Shown one piece after another: positions 1-14,785 of a stretch of 64,000 bases of DNA. The DNA lies in assembly GCA_951406725.2 (NCBI GenBank), contig OX597814.1, positions 31,496,001-31,560,000 on the forward strand. The letters are read 5' to 3'. Position 1 is the stretch's first letter, and the number at the start of each line of letters is the position of its first letter. The position numbers and the translations under genes are program-made. The notes below the pieces were generated by a model. The model was not told where the DNA came from. It worked only from the letters and a program-made list of their open reading frames with translations, and searched no databases. This stretch comes from Octopus vulgaris. Taxonomy: Eukaryota.

Positions 1-971
1 TGAAATATTATTGTATATTTTTGCTTCTATTACTTTGTTGGTGGTTAGGAAATGCTGTTGTAGTATTTGCTTTTATATCGAGTGTATACCTCCGTGTGTG
101 TTAGTGTGTGTATGTATGTGAGTATGTGTGTATGTGTGTGTTTCTTTGTATGTGTGTGTGCGCGTGTGTGTGTAGTTTATGTAGTCTCTGTTATCTCTTA
201 GCATTGCGTGTGTTTTTATATTTAGAAAGAATATTTACTTCAATATATAATACTGGGGCATTGTATTCCTATAAAGCATGTTGATAGAGTAGGGACGTTT
301 CCTGCTTTCTATTGTACGCTCGTTTGTTTTTTCTGAAAATATTTCCTGTACTCCACGGACCGTTTTCTCTATTCAACTTGTAGTCATAAAAATTTCTTGA
401 AAGAAAATTCGAAATCTAACTTTAAACGTCTTTTGCTTTGCTGATATTGTGTGGCATTCAGGTTTTTCTGAACGGTATTAGCGATGTTAATGCGATGAAA
501 TATTTGCTGAAAATTGTTTAGAATATTTAGTGACCATATGTGTTTCTTTTGTTCAGGTCTTATTGTAAACATAACAGAAAATATTGAGTCATTAAAATGT
601 AAAATAAAAAAAAGTAATTTTTCTTAGCTCTAATTATTAGTATTACAAATTACCACATATTAAACATATTCGAATTTATTTAGCTTGTATGTTCGCCCTT
701 TTTAAGATGGCGGAGTAGAATTTGAAAGCAATGTCATTTCACTTAAGACTCAATGAGTGACTGCATGTGGTCCAGATTGTCTACGTATCAAGGATATAAT
801 TCATAAGATTCATCACAGCATGCCCGAACATATAGTATTGTGCTTAAGGAAACGGCCTGAGCTTATAACTGGAGAAACAGATACACGTCTCACATCTATC
901 TGTTTCATAGACTAAAAATAAGTACATGTCAGATAACTTTTGGATCAGAACGACCACGATTGAAACAAATT

Positions 972-1372
972 CTCTTTTACTCTTTTACTCTTTTACTTGT
1001 TTCAGTCATTTGACTGTGGCCATGCTGGAGCACCGCCTTTAGTCGAGCAAATCGACCCCGGGACTTATTCTTTGTAAGCTCAGTACTTATTCTATCGGTC
1101 TCTTTTGCCGAACCGCTAAGTGACGGGGACGTAGACACACCAGCATCGGTTGTCAAGCAATGCTAGGGGGACAAACACAGACACACAAACACACACATAC
1201 ATATACATATATACGACAGGCTTCTTTCAGTTTCCGTCTACCAAATCCACTCACAAGGCTTTGGTCGGCCCGAGGCTATAGTAGAAGACACTTGCCCAAG
1301 GTGCTACGCAGTGGGACTGAACCCGGAACCATGTGGTTTGTAAACAGGCTACTTACCACACAGCCACTCCTG
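972..1372 (-). mobile_element. tRNA-derived SINE, family A (internal microsatellite, TAAAAGAG-type tail)
   Basis: The minus strand reads GGAGTGGCTGTGTGGTAAG...GGTTCAGTCCC (A/B-box-like head), a conserved body, an internal (TA/TG)n tract, and the tail ...GACTGAAACAAGTAAAAGAG repeated. About 10 related copies occur in this window. Confidence 0.9.
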
Positions 1373-1794
1373 TCTACAATAATTATAATACGTTACTGAT
1401 CTACAGCTAAACATCAAAGAAAACCGCACAACTCTCACCTTCACACACAAGCACAGGCTACATTTGATAAATCAGAAACAGAAATGTTGAGTAAAACAAT
1501 AAATGAGTAAAGCGAAGCTCCAGCAACGTTAGACAAACAATGCTACAGTTATATTGGAATATAAAAAAACAACAACATTCTATCACAATTTTTTTTTTTT
1601 GTAAGAGTAAGCAAAGAGAAATATTATTACTGTGCTACATCATTGATATAATCTACAGTTTCGTATGTGAATGACAAAGAAATAAATACTTATACTGGAA
1701 GCTATATATTTTATACAGAAGCTATGCGAAAAACATCTTTCAGTTAATTAGAGTTGGTTATTAAAACACAGTTTCTAACATAACTATTAGCCAC

Positions 1795-1887
<93 letters not shown>

Positions 1888-3493
1888 TGTGTGTGTGTGG
1901 GGGGTTGTATAAAGTATATTAACATATTACTGTTCTTATGTCAAGTTATATATAAAAATATTTTAACATTAAACTAATGCACAATACTTTTCAATAGAGT
2001 ACACATTTATTAAACTGATACAAGGAAGAGGTTGACAGTATATATATATGCATATATTTATGTATGTATATGCGTGTATGCCTGTGTACACAAGCACAAA
2101 TAACTGCAATGTTGTAGAGATTCTACTAAACAAATATTTGTGCCAGTTAAGGACACAATACTGTCTGTTAGCTTTATAGTTCCGTCAGCAATACAAAAAC
2201 TGGTAAAATGCGTAGGTTCATTTTCAACTAACACCACACTGTCGTAAGTTGTGAAACAATGATCGAAATATCAAGAGAAAATTTTCAAAAACGATTGTCA
2301 GTGTTTAGACGTTCAAATTTACTGATGGAAGTTGTCAAAAGTATAGCACTGGGCAAATATTCCCGCATGAGCTTATGAAATGACAGTGATAATATTTCTT
2401 TTGAAAGAGAGATTTAATGAGAACGCTGAAGGTAGAGAAGGCTGGAGATTGTGACCATTAGTCAGAATGGAACACCATGATAAAAACTGTTTGCTCAACG
2501 ACTACAAGACACTGAAAATCTAAAAACTGAACCCACGATCTTATGAGCATGAGAGGAAGACACTAACTGTAAGGCCAGACATCTTCACCATTGAACCATT
2601 TAGATTTTACTTTAAACATTTCCGCACGATTTTAATATGTCTGTCTTCATTAAAATATTATTGAATCATCAACACAAGAGTAGAAACCGTCTACAAATAT
2701 GTGTTTGTATTTCGGTTAGCTATACTCTCTCATTTTCAATAAAAGCTTGTAAGCATTCCTTTTGATAGATTGTTACTGTTTGTTTTGATGACTGATGTTA
2801 GTGATATTATATTACATTCCTTGCATTACATTTCTGGCACATAGAAATGAAGTACACGCTAACTATTTCTATAGATTTTAGCATTGCAGCAAAAAAGCCT
2901 AATATCTACAAACTGACATGTTATCAATATCATCACGTCAGATAACAATGATAGCAAGAGTCTCTTAAAAAAGAAACAGCTGCAAATTTAAAAAAATTCC
3001 TCCAGATGTTATTAATCGTTCATTGTTGCATATTAATCTTTCCACAACAGAATACTGATGAAAGGGACACGATTTCTCTAAGTTAAAAAACAAGACAAAA
3101 ACACGCTGAGTTAATAATTTCTTTCAGTTTCAATGAAAAGCGCATGCATGCCTGCACTTTAACACCGTTGGTTCTAAAAACATCTCATTCAATATATGTA
3201 TACTTATGCCCAAGAAAGGGTACTTTATATGATGCAGGTAAACATTTTTACATTTGTCTGGAGGAAATTTGAAAATTCTCTAAGAATAAAAGTTCTTAGT
3301 TCTTACATTCGTCTCTATAATTAAGATATATATTTTATGCTAGAAATGACATTTCCTTCTACGTCTATCGATGAAAAACGTTTTTAACAACTGAAAAGTT
3401 GATACATTAAAAGTAAAATACTAAATCTTATAATTCTGCCTGGAGTAGTTTTAATACAAAATAGAAAGGAAGAGGGAGAGAGGAAATGTGATT

Positions 3494-3609
<116 letters not shown>

Positions 3610-3836
3610 TACGCACACACATTTGATGTTTGTTCTATAACCAATGCTTCTTTATCTTCGTCTCATTTATATTTCAGCACTTCTTTTGCAGTCCTATAAA
3701 CCCTTTTGTTTCAAGAAAAAGAGAGAAATATTAATTATTTTTGTACACACACATTTATATGTTTGTAAACCCCCCCCCCCCGCCCATATATATATATATA
3801 TATATATATATCGGAAAAATTTTTTTCCGATGGCGG

Positions 3837-3897
3837 GATAACTGAAGAGATGGCAGCGTGGATTTCCACACCGAGATCCGAAACTCGGAGTTTTATC
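3837..3897 (+). ncRNA. Type I hammerhead ribozyme motif in a ~190-bp repeat fragment between (TA)n tracts
   Basis: Stem I GATAA(3837-41)/TTATC(3893-97); core CTGAAGA 3842-48; imperfect stem II with internal GTGG/CCAC hairpin; GAAA 3880-83; stem III ACT-CGG-AGT; GUU triplet ending at 3892. Confidence 0.7.
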
Positions 3898-4005
3898 ATC
3901 GCTACCGAATAATTGTCATATTACAATTACAGATAAATACCTCTATTTACATAATATCGAGGTCTCTTTCATTCTTTTGTTGTCTTACCATTTCTATCAA
4001 TATAT

Positions 4006-4055
<50 letters not shown>

Positions 4056-4384
4056 CTTTTCTATATTTATATATTAAACCACGGTTTTACCTGAACATTT
4101 CCAACAACTGTTTACCTTTTTGCTAGGACTACACTTAGTGAGGTAATACACGGATACGGTTTTCCCTAAGATGGTTGCATAACCACTAGCTCACAATTAT
4201 ATATATATATATATACATGCGGGCCCAGGTCGTCATGATATGTGTACAACAAAAAACACGAAGTACGAGTACATGGGATATGAACTATTTTTTAGAACGA
4301 AAGACTCAAATGGAAAACAAGATAAACAACATAGAGAACGACCCTTCATCAGTTGTTGTCTTTATCGATCGCATTCTCACCAGG

Positions 4385-4531
4385 AATCGATATTTGTAAT
4401 TTTTTCATGACTTATATACGCCCTGATACAGTCGGTATCTACATATCAAATTTGGGCGCAATCGGATGGAGGCTGCTCGAGATCCTAGAAGACACACACA
4501 CACAAACAAACAACGGATTTTATATAATAGA
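4385..4531 (-). mobile_element. Non-autonomous Helitron-like 5' fragment
   Basis: The minus strand starts A|TCTATTATATAAAA followed by a (TGTT)/(TG) microsatellite, a layout typical of insect and mollusc non-autonomous Helitrons. The 3' hairpin and CTRR end are not seen. Confidence 0.4.
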
Positions 4532-5782
4532 TATATACTACGGTGATCCGCCGTAGAGCACTACTTGGAACCGTATCTTTGTTTTAGATTTTTTCCGTCT
4601 TCATGTCCTTGAAGTAGAATAACTTTAATTTTCTATTCACCTAATTTCTCTATCTAATTCATACTTTCTAAACGCTCCGCTCCTCTGTACATTGCTTATA
4701 TTCTATATCAGATACTAGTTATCAATATTACCAATAGTGTTTTATTCAGTTGGATGCACTCTTCTTTTCTTTGTATTCCTTTTCTCTCTTTATCTATTAC
4801 GTACTGCTGCCCGACACAGATCTCCACTCCTCCATATTTTTTCGTCATACTCATTTCTATATTTTCAGACTAAGTTTTCTTAATGTCTTAATTTATGAAA
4901 CGATTTTTTATTTGCTACTATTATTATGTTTATTACCATTTTTATAAGTGAATTATGTTTATAATTCAATTTAATGCTTATATTATTTTATGTCTATGAA
5001 CAATTATTTTTACTCAAGAGATTACAAGAATTTTGAGAAGTAATAACCCCTCGCCATATAACTTTAAGCGTGTACTTATGAGTTTCCAACTATTTATCAC
5101 TGTGTCATTTATAAACATTCACAAATCACTGTATTTTTACAAAAGTTCACTGACCTTCATATGACCATATAAAGAACTGTTGCACAGAGAAATTAAGAAA
5201 TTCATCGAAGATGTGGCTGAAATGTTATGTAAAAATGTCCTGGATTTATTATCCTTATCGAGAAGAATTCTTGGAATATTAATGTTATTTCATTTTACAA
5301 TTCGCAAACCAAGAAGAAAGCCACTATTTACTGGCCTCATTTTCTAAAACAAAATGACGATCTATCGGAAAGCACACTGTGCAACCTTGAAAAAGAGAGG
5401 CACTTCAAAATATTTATAAAACAATGGGATTGTTACATTTGGAGTACTTTTGATAATAAGGCTACTACAACAATGATCAGCAAAATAACAACAATAGTTT
5501 CTTTAAAAACATTTTTTTTTTTTTTTTTCTCATTTCATTTTCACGCAGACTTAAGAAATGTAACATGTTACTATTCAACTATACAGTCGCTATATAACGG
5601 AATCATAAAAAAACGATGTCCAGCATAAGCTAATATATTGGAATACGAAGAAACGAAGCTTTATGTTAATGAAGCTTACATGCAAGCCTGTATCACATTG
5701 TTCAAACCAGAGAATTGTAACTTTCAAACAATGCGCCTATTGTTATTTCTGATAATAAATATATTCCGGAAAAATTATCGAA

Positions 5783-5855
<73 letters not shown>

Positions 5856-7644
5856 CATATGTATATATTTGTATGTATGTATATATATATTGTTTTGAAT
5901 TGTAACGTAAGGCTAATTTCTTTCAAATATTAACACATTTGATAACTGGAGTGAACATATCTGACAGCACTTTGCTGAATTGCATTTCTGGTTATAAGTT
6001 ATTGCTGCACGATAGTCGAGGTGTTAAATGTTAGATAATCAATGCCAAAGACAGAAACTACCGTCAACAAATGTAAGAAAACACACCTCTACCAAAATCA
6101 AAAAAGAAAAAAAAAGAAAAGATTATCTGGTGCAAGAATTTGCTTAAATTTATATATGAAATGTGAGTAAGAATTTTCTGGCGCTTCTCTGAAGGTGTTA
6201 AAGATCTATATCAAATGTAAAAGTATAGAGAGAATTTTCTGAATTAGGTGCTGAAGCAATAATTCCATGGAGATAAACTGTAAGTCTCCATAAATCATGG
6301 ATGTTGACACGTGTTAGTATATAGAAATATTTTGAAATCATACATATTTTGGAAACTTAGATGCTATTTTGAAAGCGTAGATCAATAAGTATGCACTGTA
6401 AGAGTATAAAGGTTAATTTAGACACATTGACATGCATTATAAATTTATTAAGTTCTTAGTTTTAATTATATATTACATCATGAAAGAAAGAAAAGTTTTT
6501 AAAGTACGAAATTGTTAAACTATTCAAAAGTCAGTATTTCATATTGCTTATAATTTTTGAAGGAAAATGTTAGAAATTAATTATAAATGTTAGGATAAGT
6601 TGGAATTGTTTGAAAATATTTTACCCATGTATGCGTCAAAGTAGAAATTACCATTTTAATAAGCAAACATTTGTTAGTAATTTCATCCATACTACCAAAA
6701 ACGTAGTATCTTCATAGATTTAGATGACAGCTTGATCAATAATGGTTGATCTGTGATAAAATAACAAAAACAACAAAACTGTCCTCATGCTGTCATTCGA
6801 CCTTCAACATCCTTTCAATTATTTACTATTCCTTAAAGGTGAAAATATATGGGATGAATGAACAATGTACGTGCAACTTTATACAATATATAAATCTATG
6901 TTTTCATTAATATTTTGCAGAACTAACAGACTGACTCAAAGTGTTTCAGACTCTGAGTGTTTCCTGTGTTGACTCAAAGTTTGTGTGCTTCCTGAGTGAA
7001 TCAAAGTCTGAGGGTTTCTTGCGTTGACACTTATCAAAGTTTGATAAGTGCCAAAGCATGAAAACCACGGGCCATGACTCATTCTGCTACTTCTGCTAAA
7101 TATTAATAAAAATATACAAACACTCACATTTTAAGTTCTACTTTTCCCGTTTGCATAACAACACCAGTAAAATATATATATCGAAATATTTATAAATACA
7201 TTCTTAATACTACATTTTTTAGTGGAAGCATGCACTAAGTAAAATATTCATCTAAGATGTTTCGATTTAAGGAGACATCTACATACTGTGTAAAATTATT
7301 GACTAGCAAATGCATATTTATATAATGGAAGCGATGAATATTTATTCCGGAAAGACTTCCGATAAGTCACGTCCCCAAACTAACACCCGTCGCCAATGGG
7401 ACAATTTATTTAATTAAAGTAGCTCCTACGGTAGCACTATAATGAGTCAATCACTTTATGCTCTTTTGATCAACGTATTTTCAGGACTAACAATTCAAAA
7501 ATTGATGTAAATAAACCGCTACCTACCACTTCTCTTCAGTACCTTTCCTAGCTTTTGTTTATCTAGACATTCGAGACCACCTCTCTGTCGCGCTTTTTGT
7601 CTCTCTTTCTCTCTTTTCTTCTCACACACTCAAATAAACATATC

Positions 7645-7885
7645 TTTTATCGTTAACTTTTATCTTTTAATTCTTTCATTCATTGGCCTACGGCCATGTT
7701 GCAGTACCACCTTGTAGAATTTTCAGTCGAATGAATGAAACCCAGTGTTTTTGTTAAACCTCATATTTATTCTGTCGGTCTCTTTCTCCGAACCTTTACG
7801 TTTCAGGAATGTAATCACCAACGCTGGTACCAAGCGATGGCGGGAGGACAAACACAGACACAAAGACATACACATACACACCCCT
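7645..7885 (-). mobile_element. Degenerate SINE family A tail
   Basis: Diverged match to the 972-1200 segment (ggccatgttgcagtaccacc...ggacaaacacagacac). Confidence 0.7.
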
Positions 7886-7959
7886 GTGTATATACAAACA
7901 TGGATCTATATATTTTAAACATGCGATTTATGGAGAAAATTGTGCCACACCTAAGAAGT

Positions 7960-8200
7960 GGATAAATGTCCTGGACCTCTTCTTTACAGATAACATCCAT
8001 TACGTTAAGGTGACACCGAGGATTTTCTCAGATCATAACTTAATAAAACTAACAATGTATGGTCCGTAGAAGACTACATATATGCAGGTTACTAGAAGCT
8101 CCCAACTCTCCTCCATTCTGAACCTCCATAAAGCTTATTGGAAGGGCATCAAGAAAGCGGTAATGCAAAAAAAACCCGGTCTACCAGTCTCTCTACGCAA
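7960..8200 (+). mobile_element. LINE APE-endonuclease C-terminal remnant
   Basis: Translates as NVLDLFFTDNIHYVKVTPRIFSDHNLI, containing the LDL...SDH motifs of apurinic-like endonucleases. Confidence 0.55.
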
Positions 8201-8220
8201 AATATCGACATAAAGCTGCA

Positions 8221-9018
8221 GCAGTGCTACCGAGAATAGTTACCCGTTCGGGATAAGCTCTACAGACACGGCTCGAGAAACACGGGGCCGACCTGCCCGA
8301 GATGCGATCAGAGCGACGAAACCGTCCTGCACGCACTCGTGCAGTGCTAACCATTTCCGACCAGTGGGGTTATGTCGAAAGACTGCTGTCACATGTGGGA
8401 CGAGTCGGTTTATCAGCTGAGTCTATCGTCAATATCGTCACGCCTTCTTCCTTCAAACGAGAATGAAGAGCTATATTCACCATACTTGTGGCTATGGCGA
8501 AAGAATGTATCTGGTGGACGCGTCTGAAAGGATTAGATACAAACACTTTCCGCTCTGGTCAATCTCTCATCAACTTTTTCAAGTATCACTTGAAAAGGAA
8601 AATGAGAGTAGAGAGACAAGTTTTGTCTAGCGAATGTTCCAAAAAACGATGGGTGAATGTAGCAAGGATGGCACGTATAAATGAGGAAGCCACCTTGAGC
8701 ATGATCCTTTGAACCCGCAAAAATTTAAAACAGAGAGTTACTTACTTGCAAATAAATGTGCTAACATGGGACATTATTGACCGAGGTTACCGTGGTCTTT
8801 TCCGTAGGCTTTTCATTCCACGGATAAACCTTATCTGTTTCTCACTTTACACTTTACATCATGACATTTCTGTGATACACGATCCCTATTGATGGTTTTC
8901 TGTTTTTACAATCCCTTTTGATCGAAAACCTAACCCCCTTTTTTCTCCCCTAAAAGAAAAGCTCTACTTTGTAATTTGTTCCATCTTTGTTCATCCCTGT
9001 ATGGCTAATAAAGAAACA
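8221..9018 (+). mobile_element. 5'-truncated L1/Tx1-clade LINE (CCHC finger, C-terminus, 3'UTR) ending in (TATC)n
   Basis: Translates as LPVRDKLYRHG...CPRCDQSDETVLHALVQC (CX2CX7HX4C) and then AMAKECIWWTR...KMRVER...RW. The 3'UTR is shared with 39095-39432 and runs into (TATC)n at 9019. Confidence 0.8.
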
Positions 9019-9099
<81 letters not shown>

Positions 9100-9138
9100 C
9101 TCTATCTATCTATCTATCTCTCTCTCTCTCTCTCTCTC

Positions 9139-9197
<59 letters not shown>

Positions 9198-9203
9198 CTT
9201 ATA

Positions 9204-9596
9204 GGCGTAGAAGTTGCTGTGTGTTAAGTAGCTTGCTTACCAACGACATGGTTCCGGGTTCAGTCCCACTGCGTGGCACCTTGGGCAAGTGTCTTCTACT
9301 ATAGCCTCGGGCCGGCCAAAGACTAACGTGTGAATTCGATAGACGGAAACTGAAAGAGGCCCGTCGTATATATGTGTATATATATGTATGTGTGTGTCTA
9401 TATGTGTCTGTGTTCGTCTCCCCAACGTCGCTTGACAACCGATGGTGGTGTGTTTACCTCCTCGTAACTTAGCGGTTCGGTATAAGAGACCGATAGAATA
9501 AGTACTAGGCTTACAAAGAATAAGTCCTGGGGTCGATTTGCTCGATTAAAGGCGGTGCTCCAGCTTGGCCACAGTCAAATGGCTGAAACAAGTAAA
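9204..9596 (+). mobile_element. SINE family A, full length
   Basis: Head GGCGTAGAAGTTGCTGTGTG, conserved body, internal TA/TG tract, tail GCTGAAACAAGTAAA. Confidence 0.9.
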
Positions 9597-9597
9597 G

Positions 9598-10600
9598 TCT
9601 TTGGCACTATGCAGTGATACCCTATTCTAGCATAAATGTAACTCTCAGTGCCCAAGTTCCTCCAAGATCTTTCAGATATATATTACGTCATATATTTCCT
9701 GCCTACGGTCTATGGAATAGAGTCTCAAGCTCTTGTGTCTTTCCCAGTATCTTATATGCTGAATAGAGGCTTTCTTCTTCGTATAGCTTTGTTGGATTGC
9801 ATCAAGTTCTGCAATTAATTTTACACTGGTTGGTGGCCATAGCTGAGAGCAATAGTCAAAGTGGATCAGGACAAATGTCCTCCAGAGGACCATCATGGTT
9901 TCTCGACCATCCGTCTTAAAAGTTCTAAGAATCCATCCAGTCATCCATCTGCATTTCATTGCCAAATTAACGACATGCACAAGGAAAGATGCATCATTAT
10001 GCATGTAAATGCTAAGGTCTCAACACTGACTGTGTCTTTGGGATTTCAGTTCTTCCAGATTCAGTGTATTTAATTGGATTGCATTTAGATTTGCATGCTG
10101 ATAGTATACGGCTTGGATCATTTCAGTATTAAACTGCATGCTATCTTTCTTGGCCCACTTATATATTCAATCTAACTCAGGTTGACGTACATAGTGTCTT
10201 CAGGGTTCTGTATTGCCTGTGAGACTAATGTATCCTCTTCATAACTTGTGTTCGTGGCTCTCTGTGTGGCCGAAGGTATATCTGAGAGGGCCATTATAAA
10301 CAGTAGTGGTCCCAAGGCAATGCCTTGCGGAACACCACTCACAATTTACGTGTCATTGGAGATGACACCATTGGCTACTACTGCTTGACTTCTATGTTTT
10401 AGAAAGTCATGCAACCATTCTCCCAATTTCCCGACTATGCCGAGATCATGCAGTTTGTGACATATCATCCCATGATCAACTTTGTCGAAAGCCTTTGCAA
10501 AGTCAAGATATATCACTTCCACATTTGAGCGGTTGAGCGGCTGTTTCAACACCCGGTCATTGTGCTGTAAGGGTTGAGTCACGAAGCTTCTTCCAGGTCG
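9598..10600 (-). mobile_element. Decayed CR1-group LINE reverse transcriptase fragment
   Basis: Motifs VIYLDFAKAFDKVDHG, SGVPQG.ALGPLLF, FDYCSQLWPP and YWERHKSLRLYSIDRR, with frameshifts and stops. Confidence 0.85.
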
Positions 10601-11039
10601 CTAGCAATTGCAGTCACCAGGTCGCTAGCCACCAGAATTTGCACAAAGTATGTACATTAGTATATGTATTTAATAATTTTTATTACACTAGATCTGCTTT
10701 TACTTCATATGTAAGTTTTCTATTAGGTATGCAAATTTCCGGGTATACCAGCTCATGATTTTACAATTCATGGGCAAGTCGTGGCAAGCTGATTCGCCTT
10801 CAACCCAAGCAGGTGCGTAATGCCGACGACCCACAAAAATGGCGAAACACCGATGTCTATCACTCCTAAATAAGACTGAGGGTGAGTTATCTCACCTATC
10901 CGTACCTAAGGTATTTTAACACCGGTAACATGAGAGGTTTATACTGCGCTATGACATTCCAGTCACCCGAAAATACACAAAGTATATACCTTATTATATG
11001 CACTTAATAATATTTATTACTTTTACTTCATATATATAC

Positions 11040-11075
<36 letters not shown>

Positions 11076-11101
11076 CTGAGTGTACATATATCTATATCGG
11101 C

Positions 11102-11180
<79 letters not shown>

Positions 11181-11509
11181 CATATATATCTATACATATA
11201 TATATATATATATATAGACAGATATATAGATTGACATTCATCCGAATGAAAAATGTTTGCTAAAAACAAAGCCTAAAATTTCGGACATTACCGTTGACAA
11301 TAAATTATACACCCCGTCAGAAAAAAACAGTTGGTTCTTTATACATCAGTATTGTCGATATTTTCTTAAAAATGTACTTCGTATTCGAGCTGTATTTTCT
11401 CGCGACATTTGCTCTGTTAACGTAATTACTTCTTAGAAAAACAATCCCACAACTTCTTACGCACATACACAGCCACATACGCACTCGAGTCTGTATACAT
11501 TATACATAG

Positions 11510-11578
<69 letters not shown>

Positions 11579-11654
11579 TGATATATAAATATATGATTTA
11601 TGTGTAGACATATATAAATGCACTTACACACATATATGATAAAGACATACATAA

Positions 11655-11693
<39 letters not shown>

Positions 11694-12678
11694 GGCAGAA
11701 GAAACGTTTACATAAGTATTTTGTGTAATTAAATGTGTTCATAAAATAAAATAACAATGTGCAATTACTATTTCACTCAGTTCAGATGTTCAGCATTTAT
11801 ATGATAATAATAGGGAACAATGATAAGTAAAAGAAATGTCGTTGCTGCAAAATTATATAGGAGTGATCATAAACAATATCGCAAAAGTTATTACAGCAAT
11901 CGTATTGTGTGCAAAAATATACAGGCTAAAAGTCACTTTAGATGACAGAATCACCACAACAACAAAACACAATAGAAACAACAGCAAGACACCAACAATT
12001 ACAACAACAATATGATATTACTGTAGTAGTAGTAGTAGTAGTTGTTGTTGTTGTTGTGGTAGTAATGATCAGTAAAATTTTTAAAAAATACATAATATTG
12101 TGTCTAACGAAATAATTTTTTTTTAAAAATCAGACCGTAGCATACATTTAACATGTGCGGAATTATCTTATAAAGGAGACGAAGTAGAAAGATCGAGAAG
12201 GAAAACTAACCGAGTTCTGATGAACTCATAATTACTAACAAAAGAATGTCGACAATAGGTTGTCTGTTGGTAGAAATCATGCAAATTCTGATCTACGCGA
12301 ACAATCCTTGTTAATGGTGATAACCACCTTGAAGCAATGGTGGATCATATATTCATTGCTTACATAGGCTGTACTTCATTTGTGCAGCCTTTAAAGGCCA
12401 TATTAAAATGCAGCCATGAGAGGTGATGGGAAAACAGAGAGGAATGCCTATAATTAGTATGAAAAATACTTCAAAAAATTGTCACCTTCAAATTTATTAT
12501 CGTCATTAGCAAAGTTTTAAATTATTTTTTGTTCACAAGTATTACGGTTCCGCTTGCAATTATACATAGGCGTTTCATGCGCACTCACATGCAAGCAAAC
12601 TCATTTGCATGGTCATACATACAGACATACACACATGCATACATACATATATACATACACACACACACACATATATAA

Positions 12679-12743
<65 letters not shown>

Positions 12744-12826
12744 GTACACATATTTACATATGTGCATGTACGAAGCTATATCTATTTATACATTCATATA
12801 TACATATGTGCTATACATACACACAC

Positions 12827-12880
<54 letters not shown>

Positions 12881-13489
12881 TTACATAAATACCTATATCG
12901 CACACACACACACGCATATACACACATACACACAAACACATAATACATATCTAAATATAGACATGTGTACTTTTGCTAGTTTATATCTATATATATACGT
13001 ATATGTTATTCCATATATGTTCGTGAGTTTGTATATATTATCATGGAAATGCAGTTGCAAGCTTCTGCGTGCGCACATTAAACAATTATGTAGAATTATT
13101 CTGTCTGTCTGTCTGTCTCTGCCCCCCTTCTCTCTCTATATATATACTTATCTATCACTCTGTCTGTCTTTCTGTCTCTGTCTCTGTTTCTGTTTGTCTG
13201 TCTGTCTCTCTCACTATATATATATTTATATATATCTATAAATATATGCATATATATATATACATATATACATATATATCTATCTATCTATCTATATATA
13301 TATATATGTTGAGAGAGCGAGAGAGAGAGAGATAGAGAAATAGAGAGGGGGAAGATAGCTAAATAGATAGATAACAGATAGATACATAGAAAATATAGAG
13401 ATCTTTGTGGGAGGTTTAAGATACAATACATATAAGCATGTATACACACACACTCGCAACACACACTCGCACACATACACATATGTATG

Positions 13490-13542
<53 letters not shown>

Positions 13543-13738
13543 GTGAATTTCAATATATGTTGATATATACTCAGACAAAGAAGTAAACAAATTCATAATT
13601 TAATTAAAGTGAACGTATTCGTTTATTCGGACGTATTTTTCCTACATATATATGTGCATTTTGTTAGGAAGGCGTTGGAGCTTTGTGTATAGCCATTCTT
13701 CCCCTCTGTGTGCGCAACATCTCTGTGCGATGATATCA

Positions 13739-13774
<36 letters not shown>

Positions 13775-13811
13775 GTATATATATATGATTCATACATATA
13801 TTTAATAGATT

Positions 13812-13845
<34 letters not shown>

Positions 13846-14415
13846 AAGTTACCTTGCTAGATAGATTGATAGATGTGTACGCATGTATGTGTATGTGTTT
13901 GCGTGCGTACTTGCCATACGAACGGCTGTATATATGAGTATGTGTCTGTGTGCATGCTGTGTCAATACTGGTGCTCATCATTGTGTCACTTTACCTGGTC
14001 GTAAAGTATTGTCACAGTTGATTCCATGCAAGCATTTCTTCAGTAAAACTATAACCAGGAGCCATGAGCTGTAAAAGCCAGCTCTAATTGGCAGGTTTCT
14101 TGTGAAGCCGACCAATTATACGCTAACTGATAAGTTACTGATCTTTTCTCCACACATCAGATATACGAAGAACCACATTCAGTTAGGGTTAATTCTTTTC
14201 GCATTGGAGTTTAGTAATAATGTATAACACACACATACGAACACTTCACACACATATACACGCACACATACCTACATATATATTTAAGAGCATACACACA
14301 CGCACAGACACACACACACACATATACATATACATATATATATATACACATATATACATACATATTCATATACATATATGTATCCACATATATATATTGA
14401 TATACATTTATATTA

Positions 14416-14592
14416 GGCGGCGAAGTGCTTAGCCGTACTTCGTCTGTCTTAATGTTCTGAGTTCAAATTCTTCCGACTTTACTTTTCATCCTAGCGGGGT
14501 CGATAAATTAAGTTTCAGTTGCATACTGCGGTCGATCTAATCGTCTGGGTTCCTTCCCTAAAAGTTTTGGACCTTGTGCCTAGAGTAGAAAA
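14416..14592 (+). mobile_element. SINE family B (Nin-like central domain), short-tail variant, diverged
   Basis: GTTCTGAGTTCAAATTC B box, then TTTCATCC..GGGGTCGATAAATTAAG core, then the tail CCTTGTGCCTAGAGTAGAAA. Confidence 0.75.
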
Positions 14593-14785
14593 TAATATTT
14601 ATTAATATGTATAGATATACATTAAAAAATAATATTTATATATCTATGAATATATACATGTGCATGTGTGTATATATATTTATATGGCTGTATATATGTT
14701 TCTCTTTATCTATCACCCTAACTATCTAGCTACCGCTCGCCCGAAGTCACACACATCAATGTACACGTATATATATGTGCATTTA

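Noticed and set aside
700-715. YY1-like AAGATGGCGG
   Set aside because: It is an isolated motif with no supporting promoter context.
1160-1399. Recurrent peptide MLGGQTQTHKH...RRHLPKV in several places
   Set aside because: It is the antisense translation of SINE family A, not a gene family.
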